The notes beneath the pieces were generated by a model. The model saw only the letters and a program-made list of their open reading frames with translations, was not told the origin of the DNA and did no database searches. Position numbers and translations under genes: made by a program. 64,000 nt of DNA, taken from the NCBI GenBank assembly GCA_038840695.1, contig JAWBVE010000001.1, positions 108,896 through 172,895 on the forward strand. The letters run 5' to 3'. This DNA is from Candidatus Pacearchaeota archaeon. GTDB taxonomy: Archaea > Nanobdellota > Nanobdellia > Pacearchaeales > JAPDKA01. Shown here piece by piece: positions 34,560-45,100 of the stretch. How positions within the stretch are numbered: the first letter of the stretch is position 1; each line of letters starts with the position of its first letter.

Positions 34560-35231
34560 ATGGTTGCTGACGCATTAAAGGGAAGAGAAGAAAAAAAGAA
34601 AAGAAAGCCAACCTATGTTAGGAGTGATTGGCATAAAAGAAGTAGAATAGGAAGAGGGAGAAAAAAGCTTCAAGTTTGGAGAAGGCCAAAAGGAAGGCAT
34701 AATAAAATTAGAGAAAGAAGGAGAGGAAAGCCAGCAAGGCCCGAAGTTGGATACGGAAGTCCAAGCTCTGTTAAGGGCTTTATAGGCGATTTAAAACCAG
34801 TTTATGTTTCAAGCCTTGATGAACTTTCAGGGCTCACAAACCAAAATATCGCAATTATTAATGGCCGTCTAGGAATGAAAAAAAAGGCAGAAATTTTTAA
34901 AAAGGCTAAGGAGCTTGGAATAAAAACAAATCTTCCAGAAAACTTTCTTGAGCAAGTAGAGAACTTCTTAAAAGAAAAAAAGCAAAAGCGAGAAGAATTT
35001 GAAAAAACAAAGAGAGAAAAAGAGAAGAGAAAGGAAGAAAGGATTAAAGAGGAAGAAAGGAGGGCTAAGGAAGAAAAAGAAAAAAGAGAGAGGGAGGAAA
35101 AAGAGAAAGAAATAAAAAAAGAGGAAGAGGAAAGGAAAAAAATTGAAATAGAAGCAAAAGAGATGCCTGTCACAACAAAAGGCTTGGAAAAGAAGGGGGT
35201 TGGCTATCATAGACAAGCCTTGGAAAAATAA
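34560..35231 (+). CDS. rpl32e: 50S ribosomal protein eL32 with a C-terminal K/E-rich extension of about 90 aa
   Basis: 223 aa. LQVWRRPKGRHNKIR...VGYGSP core, then a KEKRKEERIKEEERRAKEEKEK tail. Confidence 0.85.
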   Translation: MVADALKGREEKKKRKPTYVRSDWHKRSRIGRGRKKLQVWRRPKGRHNKIRERRRGKPARPEVGYGSPSSVKGFIGDLKPVYVSSLDELSGLTNQNIAIINGRLGMKKKAEIFKKAKELGIKTNLPENFLEQVENFLKEKKQKREEFEKTKREKEKRKEERIKEEERRAKEEKEKREREEKEKEIKKEEEERKKIEIEAKEMPVTTKGLEKKGVGYHRQALEK

Positions 35232-35395
35232 GTTTAAGAAAGGAGCTTAAGAAAGAAGCAAACGAAGAAGCAAAAGATAAAAACAAAATAAAAAACAAAT
35301 AAAAAAAAATAAAACAAAATAAAATAAAAATAAAATAAAAAACAATAAGCAAAAAAATAACAAAAAACAAAACAAAAAAATAAAAATAACAAAAA

Positions 35396-35623
35396 TTATA
35401 GCAGTGATTCTTCCTCACTTAAACTCTCATTGCCCAGGTCAACCTCAACATCAAGAGCTTCGATTTCATTAATTAAGCTATCAATTTCATTTACACTTGC
35501 ATTTAGTGTTTCAGGTGTCTCAGCTGTCTTAGCTTCTTTCTTGCAACCGCTTACAAAAATAAGTGTCAAAAGCAAAAAGAAAATAAATAAAGCAATAACT
35601 GGTCTCTTTGCCATTTTCGTCAT
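35396..35623 (-). CDS. small putative lipoprotein
   Basis: 75 aa. Signal helix ending in the lipobox-like FVSGC, then an acidic mature part. Confidence 0.45.
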   Translation of the reverse strand: MTKMAKRPVIALFIFFLLLTLIFVSGCKKEAKTAETPETLNASVNEIDSLINEIEALDVEVDLGNESLSEEESLL

Positions 35624-35671
35624 TTTACTTTTTACTTTTGTGGTTTATTAACCTTTCGATTTTTATGCGCT

Positions 35672-36766
35672 TTACTCAGTTTCATTGCTTGTTTCGTTTT
35701 CTGCTTCAACTTCGCTTTCAGTTTCATTAGCTCCAGCCTCCTCTTCTGTCTCGGCTTCTGTCTCGGTCTCTGTCTTAGCAATCTCTGTTTCAGCCTCTTC
35801 AGTTTCAACTCCAGTCTCATTAACTTTTACCTCTTCCTTTTCTACAGTCTTAGTAGCTTGAGTTTCAGGCTTTATAGGCTTTGGAAGCCCTTTTACTTCA
35901 GCAATTATTTCTCTCAAAATTTCTCTCGCCTTCTTAAGCTCTTCCTTAGCTTCAGTTATTTTTTCATGAATTGCTCTCTCAGTCTCTCTTATCTCTTGCG
36001 CTGTAACATTCCCAGATCTTAGCTTTTCTTTAAGTCCAATCCAAAGTTCCTGTGATTCCTCCTTAAGTTTTTTTGCATTTTCAATAGCTTTATTAAGCTC
36101 ATCTATTTTTTCACTTATCTCTTGTCTCTGCTCTTCAGTTATGTTTTGTTTTTCTAGAAATCTCTGTAACCTTGCCAAAATTGCTTCAGCCCTTTCCACT
36201 ATCAATCCCACTCTTGCTATTTTTACCCATGTCATCTCTGTCTTAATCTTGCCTTTCCAAAACTCTCTTTGCAAGGCAAAATTTCTTATTCTTTCTTTTA
36301 GTTGTGTTGCAGTCATGCTTGGTGTTTTTGTTTTCAAGTTTTCTAAATTTTTTATAACTTCATTAATAGCAGCAACGGACTTAGCTTTTTCCTCTGCACT
36401 ATAAGCTGTACTTTGCTCAACAATTGTTTTTACTGCATTAAGTCTTGCAATAGTGCTATCAATAACACTTGCAAATCTCTCTCTTGCAAAACTTAAAGCT
36501 GCCTCTTTCAAAGTTTCACATTCTGCAGCACTTGTAGCATTTTCTTTGCATGCCCTAAGTTGTTCCCTAAGCTGTTCTCTTAGTTGTTCCCTAAGCTGTT
36601 CTCTTAATTGATTATCAGCAAGCTTTGCCTTTACAGCCTCAACATTTACTTTTCTATTCACTTCATCGCTTGGCCCTTTGGCAAAGACAAAAACACTGAG
36701 CACACTGCACAACATCACTGCCATAACTAAAACTGCAAAAACTTTTTCTATTATTTTAGTTTTCAT
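35672..36766 (-). CDS. secreted coiled-coil protein
   Basis: 364 aa. Signal-like N-terminus, a (LREQ)x4 repeat, long helical regions and an acidic ETE-rich tail. Confidence 0.5.
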   Translation of the reverse strand: MKTKIIEKVFAVLVMAVMLCSVLSVFVFAKGPSDEVNRKVNVEAVKAKLADNQLREQLREQLREQLREQLRACKENATSAAECETLKEAALSFARERFASVIDSTIARLNAVKTIVEQSTAYSAEEKAKSVAAINEVIKNLENLKTKTPSMTATQLKERIRNFALQREFWKGKIKTEMTWVKIARVGLIVERAEAILARLQRFLEKQNITEEQRQEISEKIDELNKAIENAKKLKEESQELWIGLKEKLRSGNVTAQEIRETERAIHEKITEAKEELKKAREILREIIAEVKGLPKPIKPETQATKTVEKEEVKVNETGVETEEAETEIAKTETETEAETEEEAGANETESEVEAENETSNETE

Positions 36767-36808
36767 TTTTCATTTATTTTTTTATATTTTTATTTATTTA
36801 GCATTAAT

Positions 36809-37153
36809 TTAGCCATTAATATAAAAGAGTACCTCCTCGATCCTATTTATTCTATACTTTTTCTCTCCTATTTCAACATAATCATCATTAAACTTTATGG
36901 CATCTCGCTTAATCAAGCTTTGTCTATGATTCAAAATTTCATATAAGTGATTACTTTTATAACTAGTAATTATTGCAAACTTTAATCCATCAATTAAATA
37001 TAAATTAGTAATTTTATTTTCGTCTTTTATTTCAAATATCTGTGCTTTGGCTTTTTGCTTAGTAGCACTAAAATCCTCTTCATTCTCAACTATTTCAATC
37101 TCAATTTCTTCAATTTTCTCAACATCAATCTTATCTTCAAGCTTTCCTCCCAT
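36809..37153 (-). CDS. hypothetical protein
   Basis: 114-aa ORF. Overlaps the upstream ORF by 17 nt (probable operon). Confidence 0.4.
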   Translation of the reverse strand: MGGKLEDKIDVEKIEEIEIEIVENEEDFSATKQKAKAQIFEIKDENKITNLYLIDGLKFAIITSYKSNHLYEILNHRQSLIKRDAIKFNDDYVEIGEKKYRINRIEEVLFYING

Positions 37154-37700
37154 TTTGCACTTGTATTTTTTCTTTTATTTTATTAAAATATTCTTTGAAT
37201 TTTTTGAATTTTTCAGCATTACTAAACAATCCTTGAACAATTTTTTCTATCCCATTATCTTTCTTGTATGCTTTAAATCTTTCTTTATAAGCATCGATTG
37301 GTTTTTCTATTCCATTCAAAATATTTTCAATTAATGTTTCACTATTTATTATCGTTTCATTTCTATCTTCCCTATTAATTAATATAAAATACGCTTGATA
37401 AGCTTCTTTTTCCTTTAAAGTTTTTCTAATCTCATTTAGCTTTAGCTTGATATCTTGCAAATCTTTCAAATTTTTTTTACTATAAAAGTTTATTTTTTCC
37501 ATTGTTATTTTATAAGCCTTTGAAAGTTCATCAAGTAAACATTCTATCGCTCCTCTATCTTCTCCTGCATTAAGCCTTACTTCATATTTTTTGTTAAGAG
37601 AGCTCCCTGGAAATAACGTACTGTAGTCAAATTTATCGCTTTGGTTACTTTCATTTTCATTCATGCTTACATAGCCTTCATTCATTTTTTCAATTTCCAT
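37137..37700 (-). CDS. hypothetical protein
   Basis: 187-aa ORF. Helical, K/E-rich, no recognisable motifs. Confidence 0.4.
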   Translation of the reverse strand: MEIEKMNEGYVSMNENESNQSDKFDYSTLFPGSSLNKKYEVRLNAGEDRGAIECLLDELSKAYKITMEKINFYSKKNLKDLQDIKLKLNEIRKTLKEKEAYQAYFILINREDRNETIINSETLIENILNGIEKPIDAYKERFKAYKKDNGIEKIVQGLFSNAEKFKKFKEYFNKIKEKIQVQNGRKA

Positions 37701-37895
37701 TTTCTTATTTCTTTTTTGTTTATTTTTTCTTATTTTTCTTATTTTAATGCAGAAATCATTATTTATAAATAAACTTTTTTTGCATTTTTAAAAAATGCTT
37801 TTTTAAGCTTTATTTCTTCAAAATTTGAAAAAGTTTTAAGGCAAAATTTAAATAAGGCAATTTTATTAATTCACATAGGAATTTTTACTTGTAGC

Positions 37896-38696
37896 ATGAA
37901 AAGCAAAAATAATAAGTTAAGCTTTTTAATTTTTTTAGCAGACATTATCTTTATTTTTTTGTTTAGCCTGCATGGCGTGATAGGAGCTAAAGTTTATGGC
38001 TTGGTTCTTGATTATGGGCTAAACCCAGTAAATGCAATAGTAAAGATAAATTCAACGCCAGAACAAAGGCTGGTAGGAAATGGTAGCTATAGCTTTGATG
38101 TGCCTCCAGGAGTTTATAAGCTTGAAGCTTATTATAAAGAAAAAAATATTACTTATAGCGATTTTGAAATTTTAAATATAAGTAAAGAGGGCAACTATAG
38201 GATTGATTTAATTTTATTTGAAAGCGAAGAAGAGCTTTTTGGAAGTGATGAAGAGCTAAACGAGATACTACAAATACTTGATCTTGCAGAGAAAAAAGAA
38301 AAAAGGACATGGGCTTTAATTTTGATTATTGTTGGCATTATTATCCTTGCCGCAATTGTTATTGCAATAATTAAAAAGAGAAAGAAAAAAGAGAAAGGAA
38401 AAGAGAGAGCAGAAATAAAAAAGAAAAAAAAGAAAAAATCTGAAAAAGAAAAACAAAAGGAAAAAAGAGAAAAAATTCAAGCGGAGATAGAGGCACTCTT
38501 GAGAGCTCCTGATAAATTTAAAAAAGAAGTTATGACTATTCTTGAAAAAGAACGCAGAATGTTGCAAAAAGATCTTCGCAAGAGGCTTGGTGTAAGTGAG
38601 GCAAAGCTAAGCCTACTTATTTCCGAGCTCGAGGAAGAAGGCAAAGTAAAAAAAATAAAGCGCGGGCGTGGGAATATATTGATTTGGCAAGAGTGA
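37896..38696 (+). CDS. membrane-spanning winged-HTH protein with an extracytoplasmic CarboxypepD_reg-like domain
   Basis: 266 aa. N-terminal TM/signal, beta-sandwich region (VYGLVLD...GSYSFDVPPGVYKLEAYY), second TM, K/E-rich linker, and a C-terminal wHTH (LQKDLRKRLGVSEAKLSLLISELEEEGKVKKIKRGRGNIL). Confidence 0.55.
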   Translation: MKSKNNKLSFLIFLADIIFIFLFSLHGVIGAKVYGLVLDYGLNPVNAIVKINSTPEQRLVGNGSYSFDVPPGVYKLEAYYKEKNITYSDFEILNISKEGNYRIDLILFESEEELFGSDEELNEILQILDLAEKKEKRTWALILIIVGIIILAAIVIAIIKKRKKKEKGKERAEIKKKKKKKSEKEKQKEKREKIQAEIEALLRAPDKFKKEVMTILEKERRMLQKDLRKRLGVSEAKLSLLISELEEEGKVKKIKRGRGNILIWQE

Positions 38697-38700
38697 ATGT

Positions 38701-38772
38701 GGCCCCGTGGTCTAGTGGTATGACGTCGCTTTCACATGGCGAAGGTCCCAGGTTCGAATCCTGGCGGGGCCA
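38701..38772 (+). tRNA. tRNA-Val (anticodon CAC)
   Basis: 72 nt. Acceptor GGCCCCG/CGGGGCC, anticodon stem TCGCT/GGCGA with loop TTCACAT, T arm CCAGG-TTCGAAT-CCTGG. Starts 5 nt after the upstream stop codon. Confidence 0.9.
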
Positions 38773-38814
38773 CTTTTAAAAAAATTTTTAAACCTAACTT
38801 ATATTATTTCGAGA

Positions 38815-39105
38815 ATGACAACATCTCACAAAACCAAAACACACAAAACACTTTACAAAATAGTATATAAAGAAGATATAAGTATGGGCGTGGAAAACGA
38901 GGGATATTATGAAGTGCTTAGAGATGGAAATTTACATGGTAAAAAATATAGTAAGAGGGCAATTATTGATCGCATAATAACCTTAGCTAAAAATAATGAA
39001 ATCATTATTTTTGATAGCAGCATCCCAGAGTATGCTATTAACTATCTTGTTGGAATTGCACGCTATTATGGAAACCCAGAAATAAAATATGCTGATGATG
39101 ATTAA
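38815..39105 (+). CDS. hypothetical protein
   Basis: 96-aa ORF. No recognisable motifs. Confidence 0.35.
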   Translation: MTTSHKTKTHKTLYKIVYKEDISMGVENEGYYEVLRDGNLHGKKYSKRAIIDRIITLAKNNEIIIFDSSIPEYAINYLVGIARYYGNPEIKYADDD

Positions 39106-39141
39106 ACTAAAAAAATTAATAGAGTTATTAATAGAGTTTTT

Positions 39142-40602
39142 TTAGTAAGTTTTGCCAGCTAGCACAAAATAATCTGCCCTTTTGCCGCAAACAAGGCATC
39201 TCTCGGCTTTTACTTTTTTCTCTTCAATGATGCAAACAGCTTTTATGCCATTAGTGATTTCTTTTAGCTTTTCCTCACACTCAGAGTTTTTGCATAATGG
39301 GATTATGCCAGCTTTCTTATCTTTCACTGCCTTAATCAAGCCATCTATGCTATCAACTTCAACAAGTTTTTCTTCAAACATTTTCTTTGAGCGTTCGAGA
39401 AGTGTCTTTTGTATTTCTTCAAGAGCTAAATTAACTTTTTTAACTAGTTCAGAAATTTTTATAACCTCTTTCTGGCATGTATCACGCCTTACAAGCACTA
39501 CTTGCCTGCTCTCAATCTCTCTCTGGCCAATTTCAATCCTGAGCGGAATTCCCTTTAGTTCCCAATCATTAAACTTGTATCCTGGCGTGTGCTCTTCTCG
39601 CAAATCAACAAATGCATCGAAATCTTTTAGAATTTTTTCTATCTCACTAGCTTTCTTTAGTACTTCTTCCTTATTCTCTTTAGTATAAATTGGTATTATC
39701 ACAATTTTGTTTGGGGCGAGCTTAGGCGGCAAGATTACGCCCTTGTCGTCAGCATGGATTGCAAACATTGTGCCTAGCATTCTTGTTGAGATTGCATAAG
39801 TATTTTGATAAGCATATTGTTGCTTTCCTTCTTTGTTGAGAAATTTTATTCCGAAAGCCTTTGCAAAATTTTGTCCATCATAGTGAAAGCATGGCCCTTC
39901 TATAATCTTACCATTTGGCAATATATAATGAATTTTCCAACTAGCAACTCCACCAGCAAATTTTTCTAGCTCTGTTTTTTTACCAACAATACCATAAAGT
40001 GCAAGGCAATTTTCACAAACATCAAGATAAATATCAAGCAATAGCTTTCCTTCTTCCAAAGCTTCTTGCTCACTAGCAAGAACGGTATGAAGCTCATTCC
40101 ACAAAAATTCGCGAGTTCTAAAGAAAGGTACAGGATGTCTGAATTCCCATCTCACAACATTGTTCCATTGGTTAAGTCTGAGCGGTAAATCTCGCCATGA
40201 GCGTATCCATCTTGCAAATGCAGGATACATTATTGTCTCTGATGTTGGCCTAACAGCAAGCCTTTCATTAAGTTTTTTATTTCCGCCATGTGTCACCCAC
40301 GCCACTTCAGGCGAAAAGCCAGCCACATGAGCCTTTTCTTTTTCTAAAAACCTTTCAGGAATAAAGAGTGGGAAATAACAATTTTTTATCCCAAGTTTCT
40401 TGAAACGCTTATCGCATTCTTCCTTTATCTTTTCCCATATTGCATAACTTCTCGGCTTTAAAATCATACAACCAGAAACCTCACTATAATCAGCAAGATC
40501 TGCTTTAAGCATTAGTTCTGTAAACCACTCACTAAAATCATCTTTCTCAGCAGTTATTCCAAGCTCTTTTTTCTTTTTTTCCTTTGCCATTCTAACATTC
40601 AC
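39142..40602 (-). CDS. proS: prolyl-tRNA synthetase, archaeal/eukaryotic type
   Basis: 486 aa. RPTSET, the class II motif-2 region FRHPVPFFRTREFLWNE, and a C-terminal domain ending in Tyr, as in archaeal-type ProRS. Confidence 0.9.
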   Translation of the reverse strand: MNVRMAKEKKKKELGITAEKDDFSEWFTELMLKADLADYSEVSGCMILKPRSYAIWEKIKEECDKRFKKLGIKNCYFPLFIPERFLEKEKAHVAGFSPEVAWVTHGGNKKLNERLAVRPTSETIMYPAFARWIRSWRDLPLRLNQWNNVVRWEFRHPVPFFRTREFLWNELHTVLASEQEALEEGKLLLDIYLDVCENCLALYGIVGKKTELEKFAGGVASWKIHYILPNGKIIEGPCFHYDGQNFAKAFGIKFLNKEGKQQYAYQNTYAISTRMLGTMFAIHADDKGVILPPKLAPNKIVIIPIYTKENKEEVLKKASEIEKILKDFDAFVDLREEHTPGYKFNDWELKGIPLRIEIGQREIESRQVVLVRRDTCQKEVIKISELVKKVNLALEEIQKTLLERSKKMFEEKLVEVDSIDGLIKAVKDKKAGIIPLCKNSECEEKLKEITNGIKAVCIIEEKKVKAERCLVCGKRADYFVLAGKTY

Positions 40603-40637
40603 CCCATTCTAGTTATCTAACCCATTCTATTCTAACA

Positions 40638-40973
40638 TTATTCTATTACACTACCAAGTTCGATTTCTTTTTCTGGCCCAACAAGCACAATCTTGCTTCT
40701 ATCGCTATTAACAGCTGCAAGAATCATGCCTTCACTCCTAATGCCCCGAATTGTTGCAGGCTGGAGGTTTGTAAAAACAATACAGAGCTTGCCTTTAAGC
40801 TCATCAGGCTTATAATGCTGCCTAAGTCCTGCAACAAGCTCAACTTTTTTATCGCCTAAATCAACTTTTAGCACATAGAGCTTATCTGCATTAGGATGTT
40901 CCTTCACTTCAATTATTTTACCAATCTTTAATTTCAATCTTTTCCATTCATCAAAGCTTATTGTTTCCATCAT
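40638..40973 (-). CDS. stand-alone tRNA-binding domain protein (Trbp111/CsaA/EMAP-like OB fold)
   Basis: 111 aa. GKIIEVKEHPNADKLYVLKVDLG...RGIRSEGMILAA. Confidence 0.8.
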   Translation of the reverse strand: MMETISFDEWKRLKLKIGKIIEVKEHPNADKLYVLKVDLGDKKVELVAGLRQHYKPDELKGKLCIVFTNLQPATIRGIRSEGMILAAVNSDRSKIVLVGPEKEIELGSVIE

Positions 40974-41063
40974 ACTTAATGCAACGCGAGGTTAAAAATT
41001 TTTGCATGAAAAAGCTTTTAGAGCTTTTAGATAGTTTTTTAAATTTTCTTTATTTTCTTTTGA

Positions 41064-41930
41064 ATGCCAAAAGTCCAAAAAATGAAAAAAAGAGAAATGA
41101 AAAAAAGAGGAATTTTTAATATTATAGGCCAGTCTCTAAAAAATTATTTCAAAAATCTTCATGTTGCTCTGCCAATGCTTATATGGCTAGTTATTAGCGC
41201 TATCTTAGGCTTAATTGGCCTAGCAATTTTTATTGCAGCAAACAAAGCCGAAATATCACAGCTTGTTGCCTTGACAAGACCTGAAGGACTTAGCATAGAA
41301 GGACAAAATTCAATGGCAGCCTTAGCAGTCATGCCCTTGCTAATAAAAATTCTCATTGCATTTTTTATTTTCATACTTGTTAGTGCTATAATAGGCTCAT
41401 TTTTCTTTTCTAGTATGCTTGTTTTTTCAAGAAACATTGTCAATAACAAGCCTGAGAAAAGCTATTTTAAGAATTCTTTTAGATATAGTAAATATTGGCT
41501 AAAGTTGATAGCTGTAAAGCTTATACAAGGAATTTTAGTGCTTTGTTATTTAGCTATTTTGTTTGGTCTGATTTTACTGGCAAAAAAACTTGCATGGCTT
41601 GTGCTGCTGCTAATAATAATTTTTGCCATAGCAGGCTATTTGCTTTATCTTTTTATTTTGCCAGCTCCTTATGGGCTTGTTTTTTATGATAGCAAAATAT
41701 TAAATAGCTTCAAGATTTCAATAAAGCAAGTATATAGGAATTACTTGCCATTCTTGCTGCTAAACATTATTGTTGACTTATGCTGGCTAGTCTTTAGTAT
41801 TGCATTTTCACTTATCCCTTTTGTTGGCAGCCCTCTTGTTTTCTTGCTTAACTGGCTTTTCCTCACTCCTTTCAAGGCCCTGCTTTTTATGCTATTTATG
41901 AAAGAGAGATTCGAATGGGAAAACTGCTAA
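41064..41930 (+). CDS. polytopic membrane protein, unknown function
   Basis: 288 aa with at least six hydrophobic helices. Confidence 0.5.
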   Translation: MPKVQKMKKREMKKRGIFNIIGQSLKNYFKNLHVALPMLIWLVISAILGLIGLAIFIAANKAEISQLVALTRPEGLSIEGQNSMAALAVMPLLIKILIAFFIFILVSAIIGSFFFSSMLVFSRNIVNNKPEKSYFKNSFRYSKYWLKLIAVKLIQGILVLCYLAILFGLILLAKKLAWLVLLLIIIFAIAGYLLYLFILPAPYGLVFYDSKILNSFKISIKQVYRNYLPFLLLNIIVDLCWLVFSIAFSLIPFVGSPLVFLLNWLFLTPFKALLFMLFMKERFEWENC

Positions 41931-42108
41931 AATGAGAAAAAAATTAGCTTAAAAAGTAAAAAGAAAAAAGAGCATACCTTTTCATGACTTAATGACTTAA
42001 AAAGAAGAAAAACAAAAATGGAAAAGAGATGGTATTAAAAAAGAAAAAATATAAAAATTAAAATATAAAAATTTAAAAATACAAAAATATTAGCTTAAAA
42101 AACAAAAA

Positions 42109-45100
42109 ATGCAAAAAAAGAGTGCCATCTTATTAATTTTTCTTGTTTTGATATGCCTAGCTTTGCTACTCATTATAGCTGTTAAAAAATCAGAAATTAC
42201 TGGGCTTGCTATTTATTTAAGCAAGCCGAGCTATGCAAGTAATGAGAGACTGAGTGGAAGCTACGAGTTAAGCTTAAGAGAAGGCGAGCTTATTCCTCTT
42301 GATAGCATTGCCTTAATCCAACTTGCAGATCAGCAAAGAAACTTGACTCTTGAAGAATGGCTCGAGCTAAGCAATGCTAGCTATCCTCTTGGCTTCGGAA
42401 GCTTTTATCTTGAAAATAAAAGCCTGAGCGGAGAAGGCATGGGTCTTGGCAGGCCAGGAAAGCTTATTGAGAAGCCTAGCATAAGCTTCAAGCTAAAAAT
42501 TTTTGAAATAAGCCAAAGCCAAGCTAGTAACGAGAGTGAAGAGAAAGACACATTCAGTACATTCAGCGTAGGCAACATAGGGAACATAGGGGGCGCCTCA
42601 GTCTTCAACCCTATAAATCCACTTAGCTTTCTTTATTTTATTTCGGCCTTAAAATCACTTCTTGGCTTTACAATTGCAGAGCAACTTGAGGCAAGCGTAA
42701 GCGCTGACAAGCCTTTTATTTATGAAATACCGCCTGGCTATGACGCTGAGATTATCGAAGAAAGTATAAACATAGATGGCAGCCCAGCAAGCATAGAACT
42801 TTTACAAATAAGCAAGCAAGGCAGCATTTTAACAATAAAAACAAATTACACAATAGAAAAAATTGGCTTTGGCCCAGAGTTTCTTGGTGAGGCCTATACA
42901 ATACCACTGAGCCTTGATGTGCTCAATCTGCAGGCACAAGATGGAACTCTTGAAATAAAGCTTGTTTATGCTAATGAAACCTTGTTCTATGATCAAGAGC
43001 AAATCACAACACAAGCAACCGCTGCTCCAGCCCAGATCCAAGAATTCCAAATCCAACAAACTTGCTACTGCGACTCATGCAGTAATTGCACAGCCCAGCT
43101 CAATAATCCTCTCTGCAGTGAAGTTCTGCTTACTGCTGACATAACAAATTTTGCAGGCACATGCATTGATAATCCTGAAAACTTCAGCAACAAAGTTTTT
43201 GATTGCCAAGGACATACAATAGATGGTGATGATAATGGAACAGATTATGGAATCTATTTAAGCGAAAAAACAAACAACACAATAAAAAACTGCATAGTTA
43301 CTGACTTTTATTTTGGAATTTATTTCTATAATTCGTCAAACAACACCCTGGCAAACAATATTGCCAATTCAAATTATTACTTTGGGATTTATTTATATTC
43401 TTCCTCAAATAACACTTTAATAAATAACACTGCCAATTCAAATAAAGGGGACCTTTCTTATATAGGTAGTGGAATTCTTTTATCCTATTCCTCAAACAAT
43501 ACTTTAATAAACAACAATGCTAGTTTAAATAATAACTTTGGAATTGATTTATCCTATTCCTCAAACAATACTCTAATAAACAACACTGCAAGCTCAAATA
43601 GTAATGGAATTTATTTAGATTCTTCATCAAACAACACCCTGACAAACAACACTGCAAGCTCAAATAGCGAGGACGGAATCTATTTAGGCTCTTCTAGCAA
43701 TAATAATCTAATATCCAACACTGCAAACTCAAATGGTGGGAGTGGGATTTATCTAGGTTATTCTTCAAGTGATAATATTGTAACAAATAATATAGCAAAT
43801 AATAACTCTCGAGGAATAAATGTCTGTGGTGCAGTCAATTCAACAATAGCAAATAACACAATGCAAGAAAATGTTTATGTTGATTTGGAAGAATGTAGCA
43901 TAGGCGGAGAAAATTGCCTAAACAACATATTTGAAAATAACACTTGTTCTGGTGATAGGCTTTGTGGGGTTTATAACTATCCTGTAAACTTAGTAAATCA
44001 AGAATTTTCAGATCTTATAATGTGTAATGCCACAGGTTCAAATATAACAAATGTAACTGTAAAAGGTTCGGAAACACTATTTAATAATGCAGTTAGAATA
44101 TTTTTCTCAGATAATTTGTTAATACAAAACCTAACTTCTTCTGGGAATGCGATAGGCATAGCATTAGTTGGTTCAAACAATATAACAATAATTAATAGTA
44201 CAGCCAATTATAACAATGGTGGTTTCCCATTTGGCTTGGTAATATTTGGTGGCGGTAATCATACAATTAATAATAGTGAGTTTAATTTCAATGGAGCAGG
44301 GATTAGGTTGTTAACTTCAAGCAACATTTTAACAAACAATACTGCAAATTCAAATATGTATGGAATTTATTTATCTTCTTCCTCAAGCAATATCTTAATA
44401 AACAACACAGCCCGAAATAACTCTGACTGGGATTTCTATTCAGAAAGTGATTCAATAGGCAATATAATAACAAATCTAAACATAGGCCCAATCGTAAGCT
44501 TTGAGGGCAAGGACATAGCATTAAGAAATGCAAGTGCTCCTGCGGCCGATCCTGCTGGATGGTATAATATTAGTAAATATGTAAATGCAACAAACAACAG
44601 CGCTGACTCGTGGCTTTTCTTGAATATAAGCTATGATGAAAGCGAGATAGACTCAGTTAGCGAGGCCAGCTTGCGCATTTGGAAGTATAATGACTCATGG
44701 TATAATGAGGGCTTCTATACTATTAATGGCGTTGATACTACAAACAATGTTGTTTATGCAAACATAACAAGCTTTAGCATATTTGCGCCGCTTGGAATTC
44801 CTCCTTGTTACTGTGACTCATGCAGCAATTGCACAGCCCAGCTCAATGATCCTGCCTGCAGTGAAGTTCTGCTTACTGCAGATATAACAAATTTTGCAGG
44901 CACTTGCATTAATAATCCTGAAAACTTCAGCAACAAAATCTTTGATTGTCAAGGACATAAAATAGATGGCGATGATAGTGGAGCTGATCATGGAATTGAT
45001 TTAAGCGGAAAGACAAACAATACAATAAAAAATTGTGTGATTACAGACTTTTTTGAGGGAATTTATTTATATGGCGTGTCAAATAGCATTTTTACAAATA

